Virus record (IMG/VR): IMGVR_UViG_3300013947_000024
Coordinates: 65,561 to 129,560 of that record
Reading direction: 5' to 3' (one strand)
DNA length: 64,000 nucleotides
Origin: a virus
Lineage: Duplodnaviria; Caudoviricetes
Positions 18,642-29,033 of this stretch are shown in pieces. How positions within the stretch are numbered: position 1 is the first letter of the stretch; every line of letters starts with the position of its first letter. The notes under the pieces were generated by a model. The model saw only the letters and a list, made by a program, of their open reading frames with translations. It searched no databases and was not told where the DNA came from. A program made the translations under genes and the position numbers.

Positions 18642-20156
18642 ATGTTTCAACAGTTTTTCACTACCACTGTTGTTGGTAGTTTTATCAAGGCGTTGTTACA
18701 GTCAACGCCTCTTCCTAAATATAAGACAGTAAAAGATGGAGATAAAGTTCGCGCTGACTTTGTTTATGTTTATGGTATTTACCTGATTAAGTGTACGGAG
18801 ACTGGAACAATCGGAGGCGACGCGACATACGATATTATTAAAAATGCCTTTGACGCCCCTACGGATAGCTCTGGAACATTTTTCTTCGGGGAGCAATACG
18901 CTGGAAGAACCGACCATATACACTCTCTGAATTCCTATTACGACGAAGACACCCATGAGGCTCTTGGTAATTATTTAAGATGTTATCGCGATCTTAAAGG
19001 AATTGATCTTATGCCGTTCTACAATTGCTTTTCATATAGAGTTGCAACGGACTTTTATATGGAGAAAAACGCGAACGGAGAAATGGAAATTAAGGAATCG
19101 TATGAAGATAAATATAAGGTGCTTTTGATTCCTATTCGTTTTAATCAAAAGTATTCCGTCTTCGTGGATAGCATTTCTCCTGTGGTGATTCGTCCAGTCA
19201 TTTACAACAATGGACTTGTAAGAAACGCGAAGAACGCTAATTATTTGTATAACAATGTGGTGTTTGAAGATAATTCGTCGCCATATAAGAGATATAGCCA
19301 AAGTTCATATAATTCGCCGATTGTGGTTGGCGTGAAGACCAAGGAAGATAGCACAAACGACGAACAAAATCAGGCATACGCACAAGAGCGTTATCTTTAT
19401 CTTGCTCTTCAATTATCAAAAGACAACAAGTCTTCTATCTGCGTTCTTGAGGGAGAATACAAACACGGTGACAACGCGACATGGACGGTAGGGAACAAAT
19501 CAAATTGGGATTCTCTTGAATTTAATAACGAATATGAGGCTCTCCCGTTTGGAACATTAGAAGATCATGGTGCATATCGAGTCGGTGACGCTGATGCAAT
19601 AGAATATGAATATCCAGACAACGTAAGCGATGGATTTTATGCTTTAGTGTCTTTTACACCTCGAGATGGTTTTGGTGGAATAGTCGACTTCTATGATGAT
19701 ATAGAATTCCGTGGCGATGATGTAATAAATAACCAATTCACTTATGTGTTGGGGAAATCTTACGATGCACTATTCACATATAATGGCAAGAAAATTGTAA
19801 CCATTCAGGCTGTGCCAGACAATAATGCGTCTATCGTATCCGATAGACAACTTTCGACTCTTTCTCTGACACAAATGAACGACGGAAATATCTACGCATT
19901 TTCAGACAGACTTGTTGAATATCTTTTGAAGAATGTTATCGACAGTGACGATACTATCGACGATAATGTAGTGAGGGTGCAATCCAAATCAAAGCAACTT
20001 CTTGGATATACGGGCAGTCTTAATGGCGTTTATGGAGACGACTTAAAGAAACTCATCTTCAACAAATATATGAGAGAAGTAAATCCAAAAGCATTGGATA
20101 TTACAGGATATACAGATAAAGATATAGAGGGGTGGCTTGATTCGTATGGCAGATAA
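18642..20156 (+). CDS. Hypothetical tail/baseplate protein
   Basis: 504-aa ORF in the structural operon. Confidence 0.45.
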   Translation: MFQQFFTTTVVGSFIKALLQSTPLPKYKTVKDGDKVRADFVYVYGIYLIKCTETGTIGGDATYDIIKNAFDAPTDSSGTFFFGEQYAGRTDHIHSLNSYYDEDTHEALGNYLRCYRDLKGIDLMPFYNCFSYRVATDFYMEKNANGEMEIKESYEDKYKVLLIPIRFNQKYSVFVDSISPVVIRPVIYNNGLVRNAKNANYLYNNVVFEDNSSPYKRYSQSSYNSPIVVGVKTKEDSTNDEQNQAYAQERYLYLALQLSKDNKSSICVLEGEYKHGDNATWTVGNKSNWDSLEFNNEYEALPFGTLEDHGAYRVGDADAIEYEYPDNVSDGFYALVSFTPRDGFGGIVDFYDDIEFRGDDVINNQFTYVLGKSYDALFTYNGKKIVTIQAVPDNNASIVSDRQLSTLSLTQMNDGNIYAFSDRLVEYLLKNVIDSDDTIDDNVVRVQSKSKQLLGYTGSLNGVYGDDLKKLIFNKYMREVNPKALDITGYTDKDIEGWLDSYGR

Positions 20157-20799
20157 GTACACAGAAGCATATTACAATCAACTCTCACGCAACGCACAAG
20201 CCACGACAGCGCACTCTCTGTCGATGATAGACAACTACATATATCTTTACCATACCAACACCGTTATCGTGCTTCCTACCTACCCTGAGACGGTCACAGA
20301 CAGTATGAGTGCAAACTTCTCTACTACAACACCACTTGGAAGGTCGGCTCCTATCTACTCCTATTCGAGTTCTGGACCGAGAACGGTTGGTTTTTCGTTA
20401 AATCTTCATAGGGATATGATGAACGCAATCAACTATCAATCGAGCAACGCAAATATCGAAATTGGCGATGATTATGTTGATGCCATGATTAAACAATTGC
20501 AGGCGGCTGTTGTTCCTAAATATAGTGCAACAGAGAGAATGGTTAATCCTCCTATTGTAGCCGTTAGACTTGGTGATGATATTTTCTGTAAAGGCGTTGT
20601 TACTGGAGCGCTTCAAATCACATATGGACTTCCTATCATCGAGATTAACGGAAAGAATAAATATGCACAATGCACCGTTTCTTTTAGTGTCAGTGAGATT
20701 CAACCTTATGGCGCTGATGAGATTATGAGAGACGGAAGTTTTAGAGGAGTGTCTACTACACTGGAGCGGAACATTTGGAAAACCACGGGAGGACTTTGA
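20146..20799 (+). CDS. Tail tube initiator/baseplate protein (gp48/gp54-like)
   Basis: LGRSAPIYSYSSSGPR, PKY......PP.V...LG motifs. Confidence 0.7.
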   Translation: MADKYTEAYYNQLSRNAQATTAHSLSMIDNYIYLYHTNTVIVLPTYPETVTDSMSANFSTTTPLGRSAPIYSYSSSGPRTVGFSLNLHRDMMNAINYQSSNANIEIGDDYVDAMIKQLQAAVVPKYSATERMVNPPIVAVRLGDDIFCKGVVTGALQITYGLPIIEINGKNKYAQCTVSFSVSEIQPYGADEIMRDGSFRGVSTTLERNIWKTTGGL

Positions 20800-20804
20800 G
20801 TAAT

Positions 20805-21128
20805 ATGTCTGATAAGATTACGCAAAAATCATATAAAGATTATGTAAGGCTCTCTCGTTATGCGGCATTCCCGTACTACTTCAATGTGCAGGATAACAAG
20901 TATATTTATGGCACTACGGCGAATTTAAGAGATGATACACCGTTTACGGCTCATACGGTTGCTGCTGGTGATACTCTTGATACGCTTGCTCTTGAATATT
21001 ACAATAACCCGACCTATTATTGGGTGATTGCAGACTTCAATAGAATCCAAGACCCGTATCAGAAATTGAAAGATGGAGAGATTCTTAAAATACCGTCAAT
21101 CACGGCGATTAAGTTTGAGGAATACTAA
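20805..21128 (+). CDS. LysM-domain baseplate wedge protein (gp53-like)
   Basis: HTVAAGDTLDTLALEYYNNPTYYWVIADFN.I.DP...L..G..LKIP. Confidence 0.85.
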   Translation: MSDKITQKSYKDYVRLSRYAAFPYYFNVQDNKYIYGTTANLRDDTPFTAHTVAAGDTLDTLALEYYNNPTYYWVIADFNRIQDPYQKLKDGEILKIPSITAIKFEEY

Positions 21129-22370
21129 ATGCAACTGCTAACATTTCCGAGTCTTGTTGAGGCTCCGTTCATTATTGTAAAAATCGGGGATTATACATTC
21201 GGCAACTATGACAAGAAGTCGGTAAATAGCAAGTTGTTCGATGTAAAGTACCCCAACTTTATGAAGTCGATGAGTATTCGTAAGGTCAACGGCGCTGTCA
21301 ATACATATACTATCGTTATGGAGTACGGAATTACGCAGGGAGACGACCCTAACTTCCTTGAAAGAGTTTTTAGCTCTATCTCTGCTAACCGCACTATTGA
21401 AATTAGCTACGGCGATTACGCATATCCAACATTCATTTATGCAAAAGAGAGTGCTCTGATTTCTAAGATTACAAGTAACACAGACTTTGGCAACTCTCGA
21501 ATTACTTATACGATTTCGTGTGTTAGTAAGGCGTTTGGTGCACGAGCTGGCACATACACTTTCCCGAGGACATATAGCAAGCCGAGTTCGGTGATCAGCG
21601 ATATTATCAGCCAACATAGCTACGGAATTAGTGACATTTTTCCGGGCATGAGGGACGCAAGCAAGGTATTGTCTTCTGGTCTTATCCCTACAGATGATGT
21701 GGCTGTGACAATGGAGTCAAAAACTTGCTCTCTGCTGGATTATCTGAATTATGCCGTCAGCTGTATGCAGAGTAGCACTGATAATCCAGATGATGTAATC
21801 AAGAAGACAAGATACTATCTCACAATTCGAGATGATGTGACAGAAGATTTCGACGGGACTTATTTCCGTATTACGGAAGTCGCTACGGCGTCGAGTGGTA
21901 ACTCTAATTATGAGAAAGCAGAGAATGTGTATGAGGTGGATATTGGTTATCCCACCAACGACCTTGTATCTGGCTTTACAATTAACACAAACGATGTGTA
22001 TAGTATTTTGTATAACACATCGAAGAATATCAAACAGTCCGATTATGTCTATCGCATTTCAGACGATGGAACAGTAGAAGATGTTTATTCTCCTACGATT
22101 TCCAACAATGTGGATATGCTTCATACAGGAGCGAGCGATAAAACATGGTGGACGAATATGACGCAGTTCCCTATCACAGCTACAATGACAGTCAAAGGAC
22201 TACTGCGACCGCTTATGCTTATGAGCTATGTGAAGATAAATGTCTACTTCTATGGAGCGAAGCATATATCAAGCGGACTTTATATCATAACGCAACAAGA
22301 AGACTTTATAGACCAAAGTGGTTATAAGTCTGTACTAAATCTTACGAGAGTGGGTGGGGATAAACAGTGA
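21129..22370 (+). CDS. Baseplate hub protein (gp27/gpD-like)
   Basis: C-terminal ATMTVKG...SGLYIIT...D.I...GY...L.LTR motif; gene order. Confidence 0.7.
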   Translation: MQLLTFPSLVEAPFIIVKIGDYTFGNYDKKSVNSKLFDVKYPNFMKSMSIRKVNGAVNTYTIVMEYGITQGDDPNFLERVFSSISANRTIEISYGDYAYPTFIYAKESALISKITSNTDFGNSRITYTISCVSKAFGARAGTYTFPRTYSKPSSVISDIISQHSYGISDIFPGMRDASKVLSSGLIPTDDVAVTMESKTCSLLDYLNYAVSCMQSSTDNPDDVIKKTRYYLTIRDDVTEDFDGTYFRITEVATASSGNSNYEKAENVYEVDIGYPTNDLVSGFTINTNDVYSILYNTSKNIKQSDYVYRISDDGTVEDVYSPTISNNVDMLHTGASDKTWWTNMTQFPITATMTVKGLLRPLMLMSYVKINVYFYGAKHISSGLYIITQQEDFIDQSGYKSVLNLTRVGGDKQ

Positions 22371-22831
22371 TTACAAGAGCCTTTATTACCGAAGTAATCA
22401 GCGCGAAAAAGGTTCGTGTGAGAATTCCCATCTACGACCGTATTCCTAAAGCTGGTCTGTCGGTTCAGAACAAAGACTTGTCTATTGCTACGATTTGTAC
22501 ACCTCCGAATATGGTGTATAATCCGCAAGTCGGAGATGTTGTGTTTGTAGGTTTTGAAGATTATGACGTGGGCAAGCCAGTTGTAATCGGGTATCTTATG
22601 ACAGATATTGAGAGGTCTGACGCAGAGGGCAATGAATCAAGCGCCCCTGCATTTAATCCGCTCTCACTAAATGTATCGCAGAGTGCTATTATGCCCTACA
22701 ACACGAATATAGGCTCTGTACGCCCCGAAGAGATTAAGACGCTTGAGAACGCGTCTGCAAACATTCAAGACCAAATAGACGCATTGGTGAGCCGTGTAGA
22801 GGCATTAGAGAAGCAGAGCGGAGGTAATTAA
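22367..22831 (+). CDS. Baseplate spike, OB-fold (gp5/gpV-like)
   Basis: KVRVRIP...PQVGDVVFVGFED.D..KPVVIG. Confidence 0.8.
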   Translation: MITRAFITEVISAKKVRVRIPIYDRIPKAGLSVQNKDLSIATICTPPNMVYNPQVGDVVFVGFEDYDVGKPVVIGYLMTDIERSDAEGNESSAPAFNPLSLNVSQSAIMPYNTNIGSVRPEEIKTLENASANIQDQIDALVSRVEALEKQSGGN

Positions 22832-22832
22832 G

Positions 22833-23207
22833 GTGCAATCAATTGCTTTCCCTAACATATTTAGTAATATGTATACAAACACGGTAGAAGATAAAGAGGC
22901 AACCAAACAAAACTTGCTTCTTCTTCTATCGTCTGAAAAAACATCTCTTTTTGGCGACCCGTATTTCGGAACCACCTTAAAGAAGGTAATATATGAGCAG
23001 AACACTGGAATTCTTGCCGATCTTGTAATAGACGCGCTGTATACGGCAATTCAGCAGTTCATGCCACAGATATATTTACAGAGGAAAGATATTCGTATTG
23101 AGCTCAGAGGTAGAGAGCTTTATGCGAAAATTACATACAGAAATTTAATCGACTATCAGCTTGATTCCTATACGATCAATCTGACGGAAGATACTTTGGA
23201 GGGATAA
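22833..23207 (+). CDS. Sheath initiator/baseplate wedge (gp25-like)
   Basis: KQNL.LLL.SEK..LFGDPYFG..L...IYE motif. Confidence 0.85.
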   Translation: MQSIAFPNIFSNMYTNTVEDKEATKQNLLLLLSSEKTSLFGDPYFGTTLKKVIYEQNTGILADLVIDALYTAIQQFMPQIYLQRKDIRIELRGRELYAKITYRNLIDYQLDSYTINLTEDTLEG

Positions 23208-23213
23208 AGATAC

Positions 23214-25823
23214 ATGGCGGATAATATTTCGGCAATCTCCTATACAAATAAAGACTTTCAAACGATTTATCCCGAGCTTCTTGATCTTGCCACACGCATT
23301 TCTAAGAGATGGACACCCGACCAGACAAACGAGTCAGACCCTGGCATTGTTCTCGCTAAGATTGCGGCGTTGTGCGCGGATAAGAATAACTACAATATTG
23401 ACAAAAATGTTCTTGAATATTTCCCGTCCTCCGTTACGCAGATGCCTAATGCAAGAGAGGTTTTTGCGCAAAGAGGCTATTATATGCACTGGTATCAGGC
23501 GGCAGAAGGTGAAATCACTCTTGCGGTAAAGAGCGGAAGTGATATTGCTGATAGTAGTAGCACCTATACTTCTGTTCGTATTAGTGACACATTATTCCCT
23601 ACTATTACGGGAAGCGATGGGAAAATTGTTTATACAATCAAACCAGATTTTGCCGAGAATGATATTAAGAAAGATGGGACACCTCGTACTTTTGAAGTAA
23701 TTCAGGGTGCCGCAAAGCAGTATACAACTACTGGTGGCTCTTCAACCATTACGGTTGCTGACTTGGACGCGGAGAGAAGACTGTATTTCCCGAATACATC
23801 TGTAGCAGAAAACGGTATCTTTATCTCTCATATAGACGCTTCAAAAGACTGGAGAGATTGGGAGAGAGTCGCGAGTGTCGACGCAGAGCCTATTGGCGAT
23901 AATAGATTTATCTACGAGTTTGGTGTCTCACGAGATGGCTCTAACTGCTATATCCAATTCCCTGATAATATTACTTCGATTATCGGCAACGGTATTGAAA
24001 TCTGGTATGTAGAATCTATCGGTGTTTCTGGAAATATTCCCGCGTTTTATCTGACGAAGTTTGCCAATGATATGCAAGGGGATTATCTCCCTGCTAAAGC
24101 CGACAAGACGTATGACTCCGTGTCTCTTAATTCCGACAACATTGTGTTTTCACAGTCTTCGTCTATCGTCAATGGAGAAAATCCAGAAACCATCGAAGAG
24201 GCGTATAGAGCGTATACAAAGACGGTTGGGACATTTGACACGCTTGTTACTATCCGAGATTATGATAACGCGCTCACGAAGGCTCCCGATGTGTCTAACG
24301 GTTTTGTTACGGATAGAACAAATGATATTCAGAGGGCATATCAGATTATTTCCGAACAGAACAATGTGAATGTTGTTATTGACCATACGCATGAAACGAC
24401 CGATACGACAACGCAGGCTACCACGGCTGATATGCTTGCTTTCGACCTCTGTATCTATGAGTTTGATAATATGCCACAGGCATCGACATGGGCTGATAGT
24501 GATTATAATATCACATTTGCTATGCTTGCTAATCACGACGATAAGATTGACACAAAGATCAATTCCCTTAAGAGTTATTTTGAGCAGAATAACAAGTCGA
24601 TTCAACATGATTTTGTAACATGGAAACAGGGCAGACCGCTTTGCATTAAAAACAAGTATAATGTCACTTGCAAGATTATTCCGCAATACTCCGTGACCGA
24701 GCTTCAGGCTAACGAAATTAAAAACAATATTACTCAGGCTCTCTATAAAAATTTGAATTCTTCTAAGATTGATTTCGGCGAAGAGATTACTTTTGAGAGA
24801 GTGTATAACATCATTGCTGATTCGGATGAACGAATTAAGAGTGTCTCTCTTGGGAATATTGAATTTACGCCTTGGATTGTTTATTGGGATAACGAATCTG
24901 GATTGAGAGAACTTGAAATTAAGTCTCTTTCGGGATATAATAAAGACGCAACAAAAGATTCCGACACATATGTGGCGCAACAGTTTGAGATTGAAATTTT
25001 TGCAAAGAGTATTCTTTCTGGACACACACCTCTGTTTAACCTCGATAAGAATATCAATTATTCTCTTGCGCAGACCGCGATCAATAATATTGATAACGCA
25101 AAGACGGTAACGACAGAGACGAAGATTCCGATTGGCACATCGAAATCAACGGCTACAACACTTCTTGATGGTGAGTCCGTCATATTCTACGCACCGTCTA
25201 TGATTACAGATACGACTTATTCGCTCGGAGTTAAGTATGTGGTTAATGCGGGTGTATCTGCTAACGAGACGAAGAATGTTGGGTTCGTTGCTCTTTGGAA
25301 AAAAGATGGGAAATATTATGCCCATAAATATGACGGCGTGTATGTTAAGCCGAGCTTTCAGTTGACAACATCGGATAATTACGCAACTATAGCAGGGGCG
25401 GTACCAGCCACCAATGTTGATGCGGACGTGTCTGGTGTGGGCACAATTGTAAATAGCTGGAATTCTCTCGCGAGCATTGCAACGAGTGGGTCTATTTCCG
25501 TTATGGTAAAAAACACACAGACAATCGGTACGTCAGATTATTGCTCTTGGATTCTGAATAATGTTACTTATGATAGCAAGAATAACGGGCAATGGGTTCT
25601 GTTCCCCGCGTCGACTAGTGCAACATCGACTTCGCCAATCACACAGGAATATGCGCTTGCTCCTGGTGAATATTTTATTGCCTCTGATAGTCAAAAGCAG
25701 AATATGACGATTTTTGGAGCCGGCACGTTGATTTCCCGCACGCTGAAGAGCGAAGCAAAGGAGCTATCTATTCCGTCTTATTTTTATGCAACTAACTGGA
25801 CGAGTGACGGAATGAGTGATTGA
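23214..25823 (+). CDS. Baseplate wedge protein (gp6/gpJ-like)
   Basis: YTNKDF..I, WT....ESDPG, G.NPET.EE, LVT.RDY motifs. Confidence 0.85.
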   Translation: MADNISAISYTNKDFQTIYPELLDLATRISKRWTPDQTNESDPGIVLAKIAALCADKNNYNIDKNVLEYFPSSVTQMPNAREVFAQRGYYMHWYQAAEGEITLAVKSGSDIADSSSTYTSVRISDTLFPTITGSDGKIVYTIKPDFAENDIKKDGTPRTFEVIQGAAKQYTTTGGSSTITVADLDAERRLYFPNTSVAENGIFISHIDASKDWRDWERVASVDAEPIGDNRFIYEFGVSRDGSNCYIQFPDNITSIIGNGIEIWYVESIGVSGNIPAFYLTKFANDMQGDYLPAKADKTYDSVSLNSDNIVFSQSSSIVNGENPETIEEAYRAYTKTVGTFDTLVTIRDYDNALTKAPDVSNGFVTDRTNDIQRAYQIISEQNNVNVVIDHTHETTDTTTQATTADMLAFDLCIYEFDNMPQASTWADSDYNITFAMLANHDDKIDTKINSLKSYFEQNNKSIQHDFVTWKQGRPLCIKNKYNVTCKIIPQYSVTELQANEIKNNITQALYKNLNSSKIDFGEEITFERVYNIIADSDERIKSVSLGNIEFTPWIVYWDNESGLRELEIKSLSGYNKDATKDSDTYVAQQFEIEIFAKSILSGHTPLFNLDKNINYSLAQTAINNIDNAKTVTTETKIPIGTSKSTATTLLDGESVIFYAPSMITDTTYSLGVKYVVNAGVSANETKNVGFVALWKKDGKYYAHKYDGVYVKPSFQLTTSDNYATIAGAVPATNVDADVSGVGTIVNSWNSLASIATSGSISVMVKNTQTIGTSDYCSWILNNVTYDSKNNGQWVLFPASTSATSTSPITQEYALAPGEYFIASDSQKQNMTIFGAGTLISRTLKSEAKELSIPSYFYATNWTSDGMSD

Positions 25824-26841
25824 TAGTGACCGTCTTGTGACAGGAGTGGAAATCACTGCAACCGAACGCGAGTATGTAGCTCTTGGCGCTGGAGCTTCGT
25901 TGTGGGGAAATCAATCGGCGAGCAGAAAGGCGATCGGGAATGATGAGGTCGATGTAAACAAGCTAGCGATTCAATACAGCTCTGATTCTGGTAACGGTAG
26001 CCTCGACCAGAGAGGCGATGATATTGGTTGGATGGCTCGTTCATTCCTTGCGTTCAATACTATGGACGGAGCCATGAAGCTATCTAACAGTAGACAGACT
26101 GTTGCTTTCGACAATGCAACATCTGGCGACGCTCAATTTGTTCAAGGAAATACTACTAATCCTTGGTATATCCAAACATCTCCGCAATATAATATGATTG
26201 GTGGAGAAGGGTTGTCTCTGCAATATGTGACATCTGATTCGACTACTCCGACATCGCCTAATATTATTGTGTATCAAAACGCGTCGCCGTCAACAGAGAA
26301 GCCTTTTACCCTGAATGACGACGGTTCTATTACTCTGTCGAAAGATAATACATCGACATCTTTTACTGTTCCGATTGCATCATATGATCGTGTGTTTAAG
26401 GTACAGAAGCCAGAAGATGCCCAATTTACAATTACAGGCTTCAAGTCTATTGGGTCTGATGATGCAACATATACACATCTTAAGAAGACGGTTATTTATT
26501 ATAAAATCGACGAAGACGATGCAACTGGAACGAAGGAATTCAGTATTGAGTATCAAAGTAGTGCAAGTATCACAATCTCTCCTCTGTATAAAGTAAAAAA
26601 TGTTGAGGACACCGTTATCACGGATACCGCTAATGACGCTGTATACAGTAAAGTTATCGAGCTTGACCAAAAGGGTGAATTCAACTATATGTATGAAGTC
26701 CCCGCAGAAAAGCTGATTAAAGACCCGCTTCTCGGAGAGTCGTTTGTGAATGTGGAGCATCCGTACAATCAATTCACAATGTGCCAGATGAACACCGATA
26801 AGAGTTCTGTCGAAATCTTCAACAAATTAAGTTCGAGGTAA
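25816..26841 (+). CDS. Baseplate protein (possibly the frameshifted continuation of the gp6-like gene)
   Basis: 8-nt overlap with the previous ORF, GTG start, same composition. Confidence 0.45.
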   Translation: MIDSDRLVTGVEITATEREYVALGAGASLWGNQSASRKAIGNDEVDVNKLAIQYSSDSGNGSLDQRGDDIGWMARSFLAFNTMDGAMKLSNSRQTVAFDNATSGDAQFVQGNTTNPWYIQTSPQYNMIGGEGLSLQYVTSDSTTPTSPNIIVYQNASPSTEKPFTLNDDGSITLSKDNTSTSFTVPIASYDRVFKVQKPEDAQFTITGFKSIGSDDATYTHLKKTVIYYKIDEDDATGTKEFSIEYQSSASITISPLYKVKNVEDTVITDTANDAVYSKVIELDQKGEFNYMYEVPAEKLIKDPLLGESFVNVEHPYNQFTMCQMNTDKSSVEIFNKLSSR

Positions 26842-26847
26842 AAGAAT

Positions 26848-27561
26848 ATGGTATTAACGAGATTACAAGATAATACCCCTGAAATATATTCTTCTGCTTC
26901 GAGAGACTTCCAGCTTCTTGAGAGACTGTATGATGCGGTGCTCAACGGGGCGAAATACGACACCTACTCTATGCTTGGAGTGACCGATTCAATGCACTGT
27001 AGGGCGTCGCTTCTCCCGTTTTTAAGAACGGCGGTAGGTTTTATATCTACCGCCAAATATCCAGACAAGGTTTTGAGAATTCTTGTAACAGCGTTCCCGT
27101 ATCTGATTCGGACAAAGGGGACATTGAATTGTGTTGTGCAAGCAACAAGAGTATATCTGAAGGCTTATGGTATCTCGGGAGATGTTGTGGCTAATTACGA
27201 TAAAGATAATGGTGCTGTTAATCTGACTGTTTATTCTGCCCCTGTTGATGTTATGTCATTGTCTTCGTTCGTTAAGTTTTTTGCGCCGACTGGTTTGAAA
27301 TTCAACTATACATTCTCAACGCCTTCTAAAGTTTCCACACAAACGAGAGAAACAGAAGATGGTGTTGCGGCTACAATTGGAAACTTCTATGGCGCTGGTC
27401 TTAGGCACGATTCTCCTTTGAATCTTAAAACAACAGATACGAAAACGGCATATAAGAGTTATGTCGATAAATACATCTCGGCGGTTGGCAGTGCTGTTGT
27501 CGCCGATAAAGACAACGGTGTATACCCGAGCACATATACAGAGAAGGAGCTTCAAGGATGA
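26848..27561 (+). CDS. Baseplate wedge protein (gp7/P2 gpI-like)
   Basis: P.IY...SRDF, LLPFL...VG, R.KGT motifs. Confidence 0.7.
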   Translation: MVLTRLQDNTPEIYSSASRDFQLLERLYDAVLNGAKYDTYSMLGVTDSMHCRASLLPFLRTAVGFISTAKYPDKVLRILVTAFPYLIRTKGTLNCVVQATRVYLKAYGISGDVVANYDKDNGAVNLTVYSAPVDVMSLSSFVKFFAPTGLKFNYTFSTPSKVSTQTRETEDGVAATIGNFYGAGLRHDSPLNLKTTDTKTAYKSYVDKYISAVGSAVVADKDNGVYPSTYTEKELQG

Positions 27562-28127
27562 GTGAATACATTGGCTATAAAGGCGAGGTCAGAATAACCT
27601 CCAGATATAAAGGTTCTCTTATTAAAGAACAGATTGTGCACAATGAGGGTTTATCGTATCTGTTTCAGTATCTCTGCCAATGCCTTGCGGCAATTCAGGG
27701 AATCACCGGAAACAATCCGAATCAGATTGCGGTAATCGGCGGTGGGAACCAATCTCAGAGTAGAAGCGCGACCGCTCGTTATTCGTTTGATGATAGCAAA
27801 CCTTATGCCGAGTTCTCTGCTACATTTACACAAAATGATTTTGGTGCTGATGGATATAGCGATGTCACTGGTAACACAGGTAAGGTGCGGTTAAAACTTC
27901 GGCGAGATAACAATGATTTTGCTCAGACGTATGTAGATAATTTCACAAAGATGTCAAAGGGAGAAGCTGTAACGATTGTATGGAGAATGACATTTACAGA
28001 TGCTTCTTCTTCCTCTGGCACAAATAATCAATCTTTGGCATCTCCTATTGCTGTACAGAAAGTATCGGCGCCGAAGAAGAAGGTAAAAACAACCCGTAAA
28101 GAAGTGGAGGTAGTGAAGAATGGCTAA
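27558..28127 (+). CDS. Hypothetical tail/baseplate protein
   Basis: GEVRIT......IKEQ.VHN and TIVW.MTF motifs common in tail fibre-attachment proteins. Confidence 0.5.
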   Translation: MSEYIGYKGEVRITSRYKGSLIKEQIVHNEGLSYLFQYLCQCLAAIQGITGNNPNQIAVIGGGNQSQSRSATARYSFDDSKPYAEFSATFTQNDFGADGYSDVTGNTGKVRLKLRRDNNDFAQTYVDNFTKMSKGEAVTIVWRMTFTDASSSSGTNNQSLASPIAVQKVSAPKKKVKTTRKEVEVVKNG

Positions 28128-28629
28128 GATTGCAAGTAATAGCATTTCGGTATTCCCTACAGTTAATAGAGGTGATGGAGATCAACTTGGTCGCTCTCAG
28201 AGACTGTTTACGGAGCAAAATGTTAGGGATATTGCTAATATGGTAAACTCTAAGGATTCTTATGTGATTGATGAAAACACAACCGTGGATGGCAAACAGT
28301 GCGTTGAATTTTGCCTCGTTGGGTATCATGTTTATGTTGATAAGGATGTGCTGGTGAATCTTGAAGGAATTGGCGTGGGGAACAGCATTTATGCCGTTGC
28401 ACAGTTCGATACAAACGGCAACTTAGATTCAGATGCAACCTCTACACCGAATGTATATAACGGCATTACTTTCCAAACCAGCGAACCAGATGAAGACAAT
28501 TCCAAATATCTACTTCTCGGAGCAAAAACACCGAGCGGATTGAGTGTTGCGAAATCGTCCAAAATCATGTATGATGGGGCGAGAGTAGATTCAACATCGC
28601 TTGATCTCATTGATGGCGGTACAATCTAA
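28120..28629 (+). CDS. Hypothetical structural protein
   Basis: Last ORF of the structural operon; ends IDGG. Confidence 0.45.
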   Translation: MAKIASNSISVFPTVNRGDGDQLGRSQRLFTEQNVRDIANMVNSKDSYVIDENTTVDGKQCVEFCLVGYHVYVDKDVLVNLEGIGVGNSIYAVAQFDTNGNLDSDATSTPNVYNGITFQTSEPDEDNSKYLLLGAKTPSGLSVAKSSKIMYDGARVDSTSLDLIDGGTI

Positions 28630-28675
28630 AATTTTTTAACATTTTGCATAATTATGCGCGCATAAAAGCATATAT

Positions 28676-28714
28676 AGTAGTGAGGGGTGTAAAAACTTCT
28701 CACTACTTTTTCTT
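28676..28714 (+). terminator. Intrinsic terminator closing the structural operon
   Basis: agtagtgaggggt/acttctcactact stem followed by a T-tract. Confidence 0.65.
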
Positions 28715-28730
28715 TATGCGAGGTTATACC

Positions 28731-29033
28731 ATGAAAAATAATCGTCAAATTATTACTTGCCCTAAATGCGGAGCGCAATATCTCCCCTCTGAAATCTTCC
28801 TCCCGAAACCCTTTCTCGGTCAACCAGAAGACATTGAAAAGGATTGCTACGGAAAGATTGTATACTATTCTGGAACAGACATGAATCTGAAAGAGTCTTA
28901 TCTTTGCGATTATTGTGGAAACAATCTCAGAGTAGAAGCAACAGTAGAATTCAGAAATATCGGCGATAACAAGAAATTTCAAGAAGAGACTGTTATTCAC
29001 TTTAATAATAAAGTCTCTATGCCCGAGAACTAA
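28731..29033 (+). CDS. Zn-ribbon protein
   Basis: CPKC and CDYC pairs; RBS gagg. Confidence 0.6.
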   Translation: MKNNRQIITCPKCGAQYLPSEIFLPKPFLGQPEDIEKDCYGKIVYYSGTDMNLKESYLCDYCGNNLRVEATVEFRNIGDNKKFQEETVIHFNNKVSMPEN

